From Lama guanicoe (Eukaryota), in contig MU053216.1 in NCBI GenBank assembly GCA_013239625.1, positions 2,322,943 to 2,386,942 of the forward strand: DNA of 64,000 nt. Direction: 5' to 3'. Position 1 is the first letter of the stretch; each line of letters starts with the position of its first letter. Under the pieces are notes generated by a model, which saw nothing but the letters and a program-made list of their open reading frames with translations, ran no database searches and was not told the DNA's origin. The position numbers were made by a program, and so were the translations under genes. Positions 51,932-63,760 of this stretch are shown here, one piece after another.

Positions 51932-52030
51932 TCAGTGGTTCTCAAGCACTTCTGTGCACAACTACTAGTCGGGGCGCTTGTCAAAAGCCGGCTCCGGGAT
52001 TCCTCTGGCAGAGGTGCTGGCCTGGGTAGA
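51932..52030. mobile_element. MER5-like hAT-Charlie fragment
   Basis: cagtggttctcaa terminus; ggggcgcttgtcaaaa. Confidence 0.5.
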
Positions 52031-52227
52031 CCTGGAACGAGGTTGGCGCCCTGTTTCTTCAAGTAGAAATGCGTATGTGACAAAATGATTCGTATATATC
52101 TCTTAATCAGTCTTAAGTTGGCGTAATTCTACATCTTCCCACAGCATTAAAATATCTTCAGTGTTTTATGATTTATTCCTTGAATGTGTTGTTTTTGCTT
52201 ATTTTAATGTATTTGCCTAACATGCAG

Positions 52228-52790
52228 ATTAGCGCTGGAAATACAAACGGGAAATGACCCCAGGCTCCCATTGTGTGGAAATGGTGCATTCTTCATACAA
52301 GGGTTACAAAGAGGTAAGTTATGGAGGGTTTTGAAAGACTTTTTCCAAAGCATTTGATGAGTCTTATTTTATTTTTAAATAACATGTCTAAACGTTTACA
52401 ATTTACATTTAGAGTCAGTGTTGAACAATTTGCTCCGTGCAGTAAGTAAAAGCCCCTTTAAAGAGGAATGTTTGGTTTTTATTCCGCTTTTTACATATGT
52501 TTCACAACTGTATTTAGCACTTCTTAATTAAGCCCACTATTTACTTTCAGTGGTGATGGCAGGGCTACGTTCAAAGTAGAGAAGCTGAAACACTAGAAGG
52601 TTGTGGGGGCTGTGAATTGGGGGAGAAGGAGAGGGTCTTCCAGCAAGTCTCCTAAATACACAGTATTATCCCAAACAGAGAAATATGTGGCAGGTACAAC
52701 CTCACCTTCTAAACGAGGTATGCAGTTCTTAGATTACTAAGTGTAACCTGGTGCCAATCAGATTGTAGAAGCAATATATTCTGCAAACAT
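52228..52790 (+). pseudogene. CTLD remnant
   Basis: Exon-like 52228-52313 (cag / gtaagt) encoding RWKYKREMTPGSHCVEMVHSSYKGYKE; TWCQSDCRSNIFCKH 52746-52790. Confidence 0.55.
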
Positions 52791-52849
52791 GCAATTTTCT
52801 GGCCATATCCTTGGGCTTAGATTCCAGTTTTAAAGTCTCTCTCTCAGTG

Positions 52850-53270
52850 AAGTGTATTTTCTTCTCTCTTGTTTCTTCTACCATAAAACATTTCACATCA
52901 AAAGAGGCAGCCTCCAAATTAATGATTAGTAAAGAGGGAAAATTACATTTAGCCAAGTATAGAAAAACTCAAGGGGTTTTAAATTTTATTTAGAGCAAGC
53001 AAAACCCAACTTCCTGGTTCGAGTTAAAAAAACATGCACATGGTTCCTTGGTTGTCAACTGGCTTTTACAAAACACCATCTTGATGAATTAAGAGTAAAT
53101 GAATGAGAACCATATGGATAAATTTCCTTTGAAATACGCCCAGGATTAAAAAGTTTAAGAAAAATAGCTCTTGGCAAATAGAGTTTTGTAGTTTTTGCTG
53201 GAGTGAAAATGTTTGAAAAAATAGTCTGAAGCGTTTTGTTGAACCCAAATTTCAAAGCGCCAAGTTTTGC
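52850..53270 (+). pseudogene. CTLD remnant
   Basis: KCIFFSLVSSTIKHFTSKEAASKLMISKEGKLHLAKYRKTQGVLNFI 52850-52990; TIWINF 53109; EFCSFCWSENV* 53181; KFC 53262-53270. Confidence 0.6.
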
Positions 53271-53774
53271 AATCCGTACGGCTAAGGTGATGACACTGAG
53301 TCCCCAGGAAGGTGAAGGTAACAGTCTCATTCCAGGACCAAGTCAGAGAGAGTACTGCCTCCATCACCTGGGAGAGTCCCTCCAGTCAAGACTCATCTCA
53401 GAGTTCAGACGTGCACATCTGGCCAGTTACAGTGCGTTTACAGCTTGGAGATAAAGAACAGAAGTTTCAGCCCACTGTTTCTCAACCCATTTCTCCACCT
53501 ATTTCTCCTTATTTCTCTCCTAAGGAGACTTTAAGTCCTATTTGTTTGTTTTTGCTTTTTTTTTTAAAAAAAATTGAAGTACAGCCTTAGACATTGTTTT
53601 CTGATCCCTCCCGTAAAGTTCTGTGACTACAAATGTACTGCACGCCTACTTATGCACTGGGCGTATATACATGTATTTGCTTCATAACTGAGGAGTTTTC
53701 TGCACCCCGTAGAACCAGACTTTTCCCTCTCGAGGGCCATATTGCTCCCTTTTAAGAATGTATACTCCGCGCTA

Positions 53775-53990
53775 TCAGGAGAATTTTTATCCCCCAGAAA
53801 AAATTTTGCGATGTCTAAAGACATTTTTGATGGTCACAACCATAGGGTGGCGTGAGAAGAGGGTTGCTCCAGGCAGCTCGGGGGACGAGGCCTGGGGCGC
53901 TGTAAGTGTCCTACAGGGAACAGAACAGACCCTCACTGTACAGAAGCATCTGGCCTCGAGAGTTCATCACGTGAGGATGAGAAACCCACT
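53775..53990 (+). mobile_element. MER20
   Basis: gcgatgtctaaagacatttttgatggtcacaac...gaggatgagaaaccc. Confidence 0.75.
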
Positions 53991-53999
53991 TGAGAGACA

Positions 54000-54190
54000 G
54001 ACTGAACTCGAATCTTAGGTGTGTGCTCACTCACTGGGTCACGTACATTCATGTCTGCAAAATGGGGTAACAGTCATACCGGCTCTGTGGGGTCAGCGTG
54101 AGGATTAAACGAGTTAACGCACATAAAACACTTAGAATGGCGCCTGCCCGTGAAGCACGCGCAGCGAGCGTTAGCTGTGACTACTGTTTT
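54000..54190 (+). mobile_element. MIR SINE, CpG-enriched
   Basis: tctgcaaaatggggtaacag...gtgaggattaaacgagttaa. Confidence 0.8.
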
Positions 54191-54344
54191 AAATCACATC
54201 ATAGTGGAAACAACAGGGTCTCACGTCAAATTACCAAAAATGTATGAGTATCCCCAAATATTTTCTTGAAATGTACACACATCTCTCCATTTTCCTGAGG
54301 CGTGAACAGCCCACTTGTCCCCCTTCCAGCTGAAATTCAGAATC

Positions 54345-54745
54345 CATTTTTGCAGTGGCGAGGAAACGATCACATCTGGCAGATTAGTGATTATACGAGC
54401 AAATGTAATAGGAAAGAATCAAGGCCGCCACTGCAGAGTAATGTGCTTTCATTATACTCCGAAAAAGAAAAAGATCGGAACGCAGCAGCATAATAAACAC
54501 TTCCTGGGGCTTCAGCAGACAATCAAAAAGTGGGACTTTGACAGTCAATGTATCTTGGTGGCACTTCAGGAAATGCTATTTTTAATGAGAATTTTCAGGT
54601 TCACAGCAGAGTGAAATACGAATTAGCCACTGATGTGCTTGCGTTACAAATATCTTTGCAAAATACTAGCTGTCGTCTCGGAGCTCCTTGCTGTTTCTCT
54701 CTTTCCTGTAAGGACTGCAGTTTGAGCAGGTGCAGTGCAAACTGT
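54345..54745 (+). pseudogene. CTLD remnant
   Basis: FC...IWQ...SKC; HC 54429 then (fs) SNVLSLYSEKEKD 54437-54475; MYLG; ACVT; KDCSLSRCSANC. Confidence 0.45.
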
Positions 54746-57139
54746 ATGAGTGAACTGCGCTCTCTGGATCAAGGACAAAGATGGTTTGTCACGGAAAACT
54801 GGGGACCATCCCTTTTCCTTTCACTTTACAAAATAAAAATAGAAACTGAGAGGGGTCGGGGGGAGTCACATTGCCTCCGTCCGGATACCTTCGGCAAGCC
54901 CCGTGGATTTGCCGGTTCCTCGTCTGAGCCGACCTTCCCGGCCGCCAGCCCAAGCCCTCCCGGCCTCCCGGGCTTCAGCGAGCGCAGCAGAGACAGGTCG
55001 AAGTCACTCCCCAGAGACTGAGACCACAGGGTCTTCCACTCTTTCCTCGTCCCCCTCGGCCTCCTCAAATCACACAGGACCATCAGAGAGGAGGGGCTGC
55101 TGCCAGGGTCCAGCTGGTGAGAGAAACGGCCGAGGTCAGGAAGCACGGTCTCTGGAGAAAAACTGCCCAGACTGGAATTCTGATTGTGCCACTTCACTAG
55201 TTCTGGTCCTGTTCCCCGGTGAGCACGGAGGGGCCAGCACCCGGGAAGGGCTTGTCTGAGACGCTGACCTGCTCACGACAGGGCCTCAGCTGCTGGCCCT
55301 TGGCTCACCTTGGCAAGACCGAATCCTCGCCACGGTGAACACGAAGAAAGAATGGACGTGCCCTTTTTTCAAAACACCGCCTTCCCACTGCGGGCTGGTT
55401 TGGCAAGTCTCGTTTTCAGTTACAGAGGGATTTCTTAAGCGTGCCCTTCTTCTTCTTCTTCTTTTTATTTTTTAAATGATGAGCTTCTAAATTTCACCAG
55501 CAGTGAAAATCAATCCCAACCTAGGAACAAGAGCCAGCGACCTAACTCTTGGGTGTGACGAGAGAGCGTCCATAAACCTCGCAATGGTGACTTCGGTTTT
55601 GAAAGGTCCCTGAATGTCCTTCAAATGTCCTTCCCCTCTTACGAATGGAAACTGTCTGTCCCCGGGCTCGGAGGGCTCCCGGGCCCCTCGTGTGGGGCTG
55701 CACGGGCAGTGATGGAGAGGGAGACGGGGAAGAGGAGAGGGCTCTGCTCCGGCCGGGGCTGCACCTGCCGCCGTCCCCGCTCACCTGCGCCACACGCATC
55801 TGCCCTCCCTCTCTGCTCCGCTTTCTGCTTGGAATCAGACTCTTGCTGCATGAAACTTCTAGAAATGTCTAGACATGAACATTTTTTAGTATTCATACGA
55901 AGATGATTTTTCTCTCTCTCCTGGGAACTTCGAGGTGAGAGGCACCTGCCCTTTGTGCATCAACCAGGCCACACTGGACGGGAACCCGGGGGGAAGGTCA
56001 GGGCCCTGGAGGGGGTAGGCCTGTCTTCACAGGTGCAGGGGGTGTGACTGCACCCCCGCTTGACTCTACTCTGTTCCCTGCTTGAACCCGGGACACGTGG
56101 GTCCCTGATGGGGAGCTGGTGCCCTGCCTCAGCTGTGGATGACACCAGGATTTGGGGAAGCCATCTGACCTCAGATGCTTGACAAGCCGGGAGTCAGGCT
56201 GGGCGAAGAGCCCATGGGTACAGCCCAGGCTAACCCCCTGGGGCTTTATGAGGATCTGGATGGGATAAAAAGTGCTCCCGAAAGTACTTGTCTTATGCAG
56301 ACGTTAGGTGGGATTAACATTAGGGGACTTTCGGTCTACACCGACTTGCTTTTTCTTTCTCTTTTACCTGCCGTGACCTTTAATCTCAGCTCACTCGTGT
56401 CCATTTTGGACTGATGGCTCTTTGAACGCCCACATTTTGTGCGTGTCAGGCATCCCAGAGGACAGCATGGAAACTGAACAAATGTTGATTCAAATCTAAT
56501 TTTCTACAAGGCGTAAGAAGAAAGCCCCGAAATGGTTCCCTCTAAAATTTACCTAATAGATGTCAGAAAACCTGAGCGGTGAAGTATCGCGACTACCACC
56601 GTCATATGTGTGAGGAAACAGAAGACACTGGCCAAAGCAGACCTGTTTTAGGAGCCAAGACTTTCTAATTCTACTCTTTCACAGTAAACCCTGCTTTCTA
56701 CAAAAGAGCCTAAATGTGCCTTGTGCTCTGGTGAATAAAAAGGCTGCCTCTGCCTCGCGTCTAATGTGTTGCTATTTTATTCTTAGGTTAAACGTGTGGG
56801 AGATAACATTTCATTCAAGGAAAACTTGAGCTGAAAGACAAAGCGGGGAATTTCACAGCTAGGAATTTTAGGTCAACAGACCTTCTCTTGTAGGAGAGAA
56901 AGCAGGACGTGGACTGAAATGTTAGAAATGTCAGCTCATTCGCTAGCTGAGCTATTGAGAAATAAGAGCTGACAGCTGAGTCTGAAAGCAGAGCGTCTGT
57001 TGTTCAGACAGTTGTTTAGAATCCTGCTGTTCGTGTCGGTGTGGGTGGGGAGAATTCCATTTATTTGAAAATGTAATAGGGATGGTATGTAAACAATGCG
57101 AGTGGCTGCGTTTTCTAATGTTTGGATCGATCCTCAAAT

Positions 57140-57510
57140 ATATCTTGGATACTGAGTCTGTGCCAGGCAGTCAGGATTTAAAACAAATTAGTAAACGGTT
57201 ACTGTCTCTATTTGGAGAGATCAGGCAAAAATAATTTAAAATACAAAAAAAAAAAAAAAAAAAGACCTGCCCAAGGGCCAGGTGCCAGGGAGATGGGATG
57301 CTGAGGCCGTGCGGGACCGGAGGCCGGGGAGGCCCTCAGGCAGGAGGTGGAACTCGAGCGGGGCTTCAGAAGGATGAGTGGAACTGGATGGAACACATGA
57401 GGAAAAGGGGCAGGCGTGCCTAGGAAGGCCAGGGGCCGGCTGGGGTAACCTGCATGAAGTGGCGCTCCTGTTGGACAGACGCAGGAGACGGGGCCAGTGA
57501 GGCAGAAGTG
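57140..57510 (-). mobile_element. L2 fragment
   Basis: ctgtgccaggca...gggaggccctcag...ttcagaaggatgagtggaact. Confidence 0.55.
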
Positions 57511-57544
57511 GGTGTGACTATGGTGGCTCTTTTTTTTTTCCTAT

Positions 57545-57895
57545 TTTACTTATTTATTGAAAATTTTTTTTAATTGAAGTATCGTTGGGTTACAAAGTTG
57601 TGTTCTTTCAGGTGTACAGCAAAGCGATTCAGTTATACATACATACATATATATATTCTTTTCCATTACAGGCTATTACAGGACATCAAGTGTAGTTCCC
57701 TGTGCTGTAGGACCTTGTTGTTTATCTGTTTTATATACAGTAGTGTGTATCTGCGAAGCCCAAACTCCCAATTTATCCTTCCCCTCACTTTCCACTTTGA
57801 TACATTTGTTTCCTATGTCTGTGGGTCTGTTTCTGTTTTGTAAGTAAATTCATTTGTCTCATTTTTTAGATTCCAGGTAGAAGTGACCTCAGATG
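57545..57895 (-). mobile_element. Young L1 3' end
   Basis: ttaattgaagtat...tcaggtgtacagcaaagcgattcagttatacat. Confidence 0.85.
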
Positions 57896-58419
57896 GGATC
57901 TGGGACCCATGGCAGGACCTCCTTCCTTTGCTAGGGAATCCCATGAGAGACATGTTATTTTAGTAATATTAATATGCACGATCAATTAGAGGGGCGAGAA
58001 CAGCGGGAAGACAGTGTGAACAAGCAGGATTTGGAACTGGGTGGCGGCCGGGGAAGCGCTGAGCGGTGTGACACACAGGTGCCACACACGACTCACCTCC
58101 CCACGTTCACACTCACTCTCAGCACTGCCGCCTCGCCGCAGGTGCTGCTGTCAAGAGCAGACCAACAGCCTTTTCCAAACGACCGAACAGTCTGGGAGAG
58201 CCACCCTCTCCTTCCAGGCTTTAGCTGCTATTTGAAGAAGGTTCACTTTTTTGCCTTCCGCTTAGACCCCAATTCCTCTCTCAAACTGAACACGCTCGCT
58301 TCTCCTTGCCCCTCACAGGAGGCCCCACCGCTCTCAGCAGCTGGAGCAGGTTCACCTGTCTGGATGTGGAGACCGAGGCATCTTTCTGTTCCTAGCAGTG
58401 ATCAGGGCCTCAGGCATGG

Positions 58420-58610
58420 CGAAGGGCTTCACATACGCCATCTCATTAAAACCTCCCAATGCCTCCATGGAGTACAACTACTATGATGAGATCGCTGAGG
58501 CACAGAGGAAAACTTGCCCAGGGCCACAGTCAGGAGGCGGAGGACCCAGAATATAACGCAAGTCTGGCTCCTGCAAGGACACTCCTAACCACGAGGCCAC
58601 ACTGCCTCCC
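58420..58610 (-). mobile_element. MIR SINE
   Basis: ctgaggcacagagg...cttgcccagggccaca. Confidence 0.6.
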
Positions 58611-58924
58611 ACGTGCCTCCCACTGTGACAGCCGTGGTCTCCTGTGATTTATGGAATTGTCACATTACACCATCTCCCGTGATTCCTTCAATTACCTGAC
58701 GAAATCTTAACTATTTTCCTTTTCCAGATGAAAAAAGGGGGGCTGAAGCCATGAAGGGGTACCTGGTAACTGCTGTCTTGGGGACCTGCGTTCAGGGTGC
58801 CTCAGAGCTGTTTCGCTCCATGATCTGAGCTCGGTGCCCATCACAACTGGGGAGCCTGTCGGGAAGCAAAGAGCACGGGGGAACTGCGTGCTGGCGTTTC
58901 GTATTTTGATAGTTAAAAAAATCA

Positions 58925-59222
58925 CATAGAAAACACACTTATGGTTACCAGGAGGAAAGGGGGTGGGAAGGGGTAAAGGGAGTTTGAGATCTGCAGACAC
59001 TAACTAATATGTATAAAATAAACAACAAGTTCATACTGTGGAGCACAGGGACCTATATTCAGTATCTTGTAGTAACTTACGGTGACAAAGAACGTGAAAA
59101 TGAATACATGTGTGTTCACGTATGACTGAAGCACTGAGCTGCACACCAGAAATTGACACAACCTTGTAAGCTGACTCTACTTCAATAAAAAAAAACATGT
59201 AATTTAAAAAATTAAAAAAAAG
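58925..59222 (+). mobile_element. Young L1 3' end
   Basis: cttatggttaccaggaggaaaggggg...cttcaataaaaaa. Confidence 0.85.
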
Positions 59223-59905
59223 AAATCAAATATTCATAATGTTCACTACGTAAGATAAAAGATTTAGATCCTTTCTTCTGTTTAATTCTAACATATGCTA
59301 AAAATGCTCTGAGAAAGGCCAAGAAATGTAAGATGAGTGTTAATACTTGTGACCAGTTTTATCTCCTGTTAATAATTAAATGGAGAAACGCCTTTTTAAA
59401 ACTGATTTATGAAATAACACTAACGAAGACACTAATACCATCAAAGGAGAACATGCATGAGGGCAGTAAAAGCTTCCGTCTTTCCTCCCCGACCCGTTGC
59501 TGGAAGATCCCTTGGTGTTTCACTGGATGAAGGTGCAGTTTCCTTGACAACCAGCTTTCCGAACAGACTGCCTGTGCCCAGCTTGCTGTAAAAGTCAAAG
59601 TGTGACGTTCCTGCAAGACGCACAAAAATTTACTTAGGAGTGACTTTACCATTTGTGGATGATTCCTGCTAGACCCTCAGAGAAGGTGTTAGCTCACTGA
59701 GATGAGGTTCTAAATGCTTAGTGTTCAGGACCATAAAAAAGACTCAAATTTACAGTTGTTCCTTAAGTAAACGTTGTCATTTCTTTGTGATTATCTGTTT
59801 ATGGCTGCTTGTTCATTAGCCTAGAAACAGGTAACACTGATCTAAAGACAGAAATACTAGGAGAGTAGCGACTGTTACGACGTCCCATTAGTCAGTGGCC
59901 AGCAG

Positions 59906-60023
59906 CGATGCCAAGCTGCTTGGGGAGACCGCAGCAGCACGTGCAGCCTTTCTGAGAAGCTTCCTTTTCCAGGGGACTCTTCCTGCCTCAAGGAACTTCT
60001 GTGCAGTGAGAAGAAGGGGAGGA
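59906..60023 (+). pseudogene. CTLD remnant (N-terminal half)
   Basis: RCQAAWGDRSSTC 59906-59944; (fs) ASRNFCAVRRRGG (C at 60000). Confidence 0.5.
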
Positions 60024-60901
60024 GATGGGACTGGGTTTGGTAGAGCTTTTCAAACAACTTGTTTCGTGTCTGGAAATGGGAAATCTGTCGAGCCTACAGA
60101 CGCGGGTCCAGAAGCATCACATACCGGTTCAGTTTTCTTTAGGGGACACTGGCTATGCATTTTCCACCACCCTTTACCCTTGGATTTAAAACAAAATCAC
60201 AGCTTAACCTCTGCATCCGTGAATGTGCCTTTTAAAACACAACTATGTCTTCCACCCACTGTGGTCCATGACTTGTGTTTAAAATGCATAATTCACGGCG
60301 GAGTTTAGATGCGGCATTCCCAAATCATATGCATCCGTGAATGTGTGCCTTACTCTGAAAGGGGCTCCGGCTCTCCTGTAAGACTCTAAAGGCGTCCGCG
60401 ATGCCCACCAGTGCTAACAGCTACCACCTTCATGGTTTCCCGCTGCCTTTCCGTCCTCCCTCCTCCTCACTGACCACACGGTCCTGCCCCCTGTCAGTTC
60501 TCACCTTCTCCTTCCACAGTAAAACTCCCCATCCTTCTGCTGTGTTCCTTGCTCCTTTCTCTTGACTGCTTGGACCAGATTTTTTGGTGCAGATTAGTCC
60601 ACACATTTACCTAGTTAATCGACTAAACCTGTAAGTTAGTTAACAGACCAGGATAACATGTTAGCTCATCACATAATAAACCAAAGCCCAGTATCAAAGG
60701 AACGACACGAATCCTGGACTCAGCACATCTGAGAGCTTCCCCTGGAGGCCCCAGCCGTGCATCCGCCCGGCCAGTTCTAACGAGCCCTGGGAATGACACG
60801 AAGTTAGCTGACCACAAAGAGTCTCCTTCTTTTACCAAAAGTGGCACTCACACGACACAGCTTACAAGCTAACGAGGGCAGTCAGATCTAGAGGACGTGG
60901 G

Positions 60902-60986
60902 GCCAAGTGCTGATCAAGGTAGGACGTGCTCAGTTTCTTAGAGCCGTGGTGTCTGTAAACAATGGAGTTGGGGACATGTGACAACT
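60902..60986 (+). pseudogene. CTLD remnant (N-terminal half)
   Basis: AKC* 60902; LSFLE-(fs)-RGVCKQWSWGHVTT 60929-60986. Confidence 0.45.
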
Positions 60987-62129
60987 CCTTACGTCTCCTG
61001 GGGCCCACAAGACCCCTGGGAAAGGACCGGGCGGCATATTCTAGAAACTGTCCTCTTCCTAGACATGCAAGCATCCTGAAGACAGATCCTTCCGTCTGAG
61101 CAGCCTTCTGGCTCGCGTGGGAGAACTGAACTGAGAAGATGCGCACAGAGGAAGGCTTGCTCACTCTCAAAGGAAACGATAAATGTGTACGTTATTTTCA
61201 TTGTGTCTCACGATCCACCTGTTTTATGAAAATGTGTCACTGTTACGTTTATTTAATGCAGAAATTAACCGTATCACATCTTGTTTACAATGCTTCGTAA
61301 GTACCTACTTTCTCTGAAACCTCGGTCTTCCAGTCCCCTAGGCCTCCCCTGTCCACATGGCAGATCATCACTGCTGGACAGAGAACGGGGACCATCCCGT
61401 GGAAGGTTCTAGCAGGGCCTCCTACGGCACTGATGGTCACTGTGTGGATCCTTTCTCCAAACCCCAGGACGAAGAGCACCTTCTCTCTGAGCAACGCTCT
61501 TAACGGTTTACTGAACCACATCCCTTGGAAAATCCTGCAGGATTTAAACTCTCAGGTTCTCTTCAGCTTCTCCTCTCTGGGGTCTAATTTCCTTCCCATC
61601 GCCCTAGGATTTTCTCGTGTAGGGAAGCCCGTTTGCACGTTGCCATCGTGGAAGTTCGTTCCGCTCTCCTCTCTGATGCTTCACGCACGCCTCTGGCCAG
61701 GAGTGGAGAAGGACACGGAGATGCTTGCTTTGATTCTTCCCGAGTTTCCTCCCCTTCTCTGCCTGCCTGCAGGACGGGTGTATTTGGTTCTGCACCAGAT
61801 TCCAAATGGCAACCGAGCAAGAGTCAAGGCAAAGCTGACCTTCTAAAGGCAGGTCTCTCGGCCAACTTCTAGTCTCCTCCACCGGATCTCAACGAATACG
61901 AAGCAGCGGATGGGTTTTCTGGTTTAGGCGCGATCAGAGTGTTCATAGCCATCTAAATGTGGCTGGTACACACCTTCCCATCCAGCTGTAACCAGTGATC
62001 AAGCGGATAGTTTGAACTTTATCATTCTGATTTTTTTGGTCTAAACTTATTTTTGTCCATTCTAAACTCCAGCGGGGATAGAGGTGGGAACATCTCCTCT
62101 TCAACAAACATTCTCCACTCACCCTAGCT

Positions 62130-63760
62130 TCTTTTTGTTAAGACTGTTTTTTTAAAGAGCGCCTTGAAGTTTACAGCAAAACTGAGAGGGAGGTACGGAG
62201 AGTTCTCGTATCCCCCTGCTCCCACACACGTACAGACAGTCCCGTATCAACGCCGCTCACCACAGTGGTACCTTTTTGTTAAACCAGGGATGAACCTACC
62301 TTGACACATCATAACCACCGAAAGTGCCACAGTTTACCTTAGGACTTGCTCTCACCACTGTGCTGTCTGTGGGCCGGGACAAAGGCACAGTGACACAGAC
62401 CCACCATTACAATACCATCCAGTACTTTCACCACCTTCAAAGTCCTCTGTGCCCCCTGTTCACCTCCCTAACCCTTGCCAAACACTCAGCCTTTTATTGT
62501 CTCCATAGTTTTTCCTTTTCCAGAAAGTAATATAGTTGGCGTCCTATGCTATGTAGCCTTTTCGGATTGGCTTCTTTCACTCGTCACATGCATTTTAGGT
62601 TCTTGCATGTCTTTTCATGGCTGGATGGCTCGTTTCTTTTTAGTGCTGAATAATATTCCATTGTCTCCATTCACTTAACTGAAGGACAGCCTACCTACTT
62701 CCACGTTTTGGCAATTATGCATTACATATAAATTATATAATTACAATTATAAACATCATATAATTATAATTATATTATAAACATCCATGTGCCAGTTTTT
62801 GTGTGGGTATAAGCTCAACTCCTCTAAGTAAATAACAAGGGACGTGACTGCTGGATGCACGGTAAAGGTATGTTTAGTTTTGCAGGAAACTGCCTAACTG
62901 TCTTGCAAGGTAGCCGCACTGTTGTGCATTCTCAGCAGCAATGCACAGGGGTTCCTGTTGCTCCTCATCCCTGTCAGCATCTGATGTTGTCAGTGTTCTA
63001 GATTTTGTCCACAGGCATGTAGTGACATCTGAGTCTTGCTTTAATATGCATTTTCCTGCTGACGTAAGACGCAGACCATCTTTTCACATGCTCATTTGTC
63101 ATCTGTATACCTTCTTTGTTGACGTGTCTTTAAGGTTATTCACTTATTTTTTCATCAGGTTCTTTGTTTCCTGTTGTTGAGTTCTAAGGGTTCTTTGCAT
63201 ATTTTGGATAACATGTTTTCATCAGGTTTGTCTTTTGCAAATATTTTCTCCCAGTGCGTGATCTGTCTTCTAATTCTCTTCACATTTTCTTTTGAAGAGC
63301 AGGATTTTAAAAAAATTTTAATGAATTCCAGATTACCAATCACTTCTTTCACAGGCTGTGTCTTTGGTGTTGTATCTGAAAAGGAATCAGTGTCGTCATC
63401 CAGACTTTCTCCTATGTTATCTTACAGGAATTTAGGTTTACATTCCATTTTGAGCTAATTTGGGGGAGGGTTTAAGGTCTGTGCTAGACTAGTTTTGTGT
63501 TTGCATGTGGATGTTCGCTTGTGCCACGTGGTATGTTGGAGAGACCACCTTTGCTCCATTGTGTTGCCTTTGCTCTTCTGTTAAATCAATTGACTCTTTA
63601 TAGAGTTCTGTTATCAAGCCCTGTGTTTTGTGCCATTAATCCACTGATCTGATCTTTCCCCCAAAGAACACTGTCTTGATTCCTGCAGCTTTGTAGTAAG
63701 TCTCCCAGTGGGGTAATGTCAGTCCTCCAGCTCTGTTGTTCTCCAATGCTGTGGTGGCCG
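62130..63760 (-). mobile_element. Old L1 (L1MC1-3-like) 3' end and ORF2 C-terminus
   Basis: aagtttacagcaaaactgagagggaggtac... tail; ORF 63155-63352(-) KRIRRQITHWEKIFA. Confidence 0.85.

Larger units (their letters stand above)
56258..59656 (+). pseudogene. CTLD remnant(s), one or two domains
   Basis: GWDKKCSRKYLSYADV from 56258; FHW 59518-59526; ACAQLAVKVKV*RSCKTHKNLLRSDFTIC 59570-59656. Confidence 0.5.
136..60990 (+). pseudogene. Decayed multi-exon gene (or tandem cluster) encoding ~20-25 C-type lectin-like domains; probably extends beyond the window
   Basis: CTLD motif fragments recur in N-to-C order on the + strand in nearly every unique-sequence interval (listed individually below). Many stops, frameshifts and Trp-to-stop changes. 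Some fragments keep AG / GTAAGT splice signals. Manual translation only. Confidence 0.7.
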
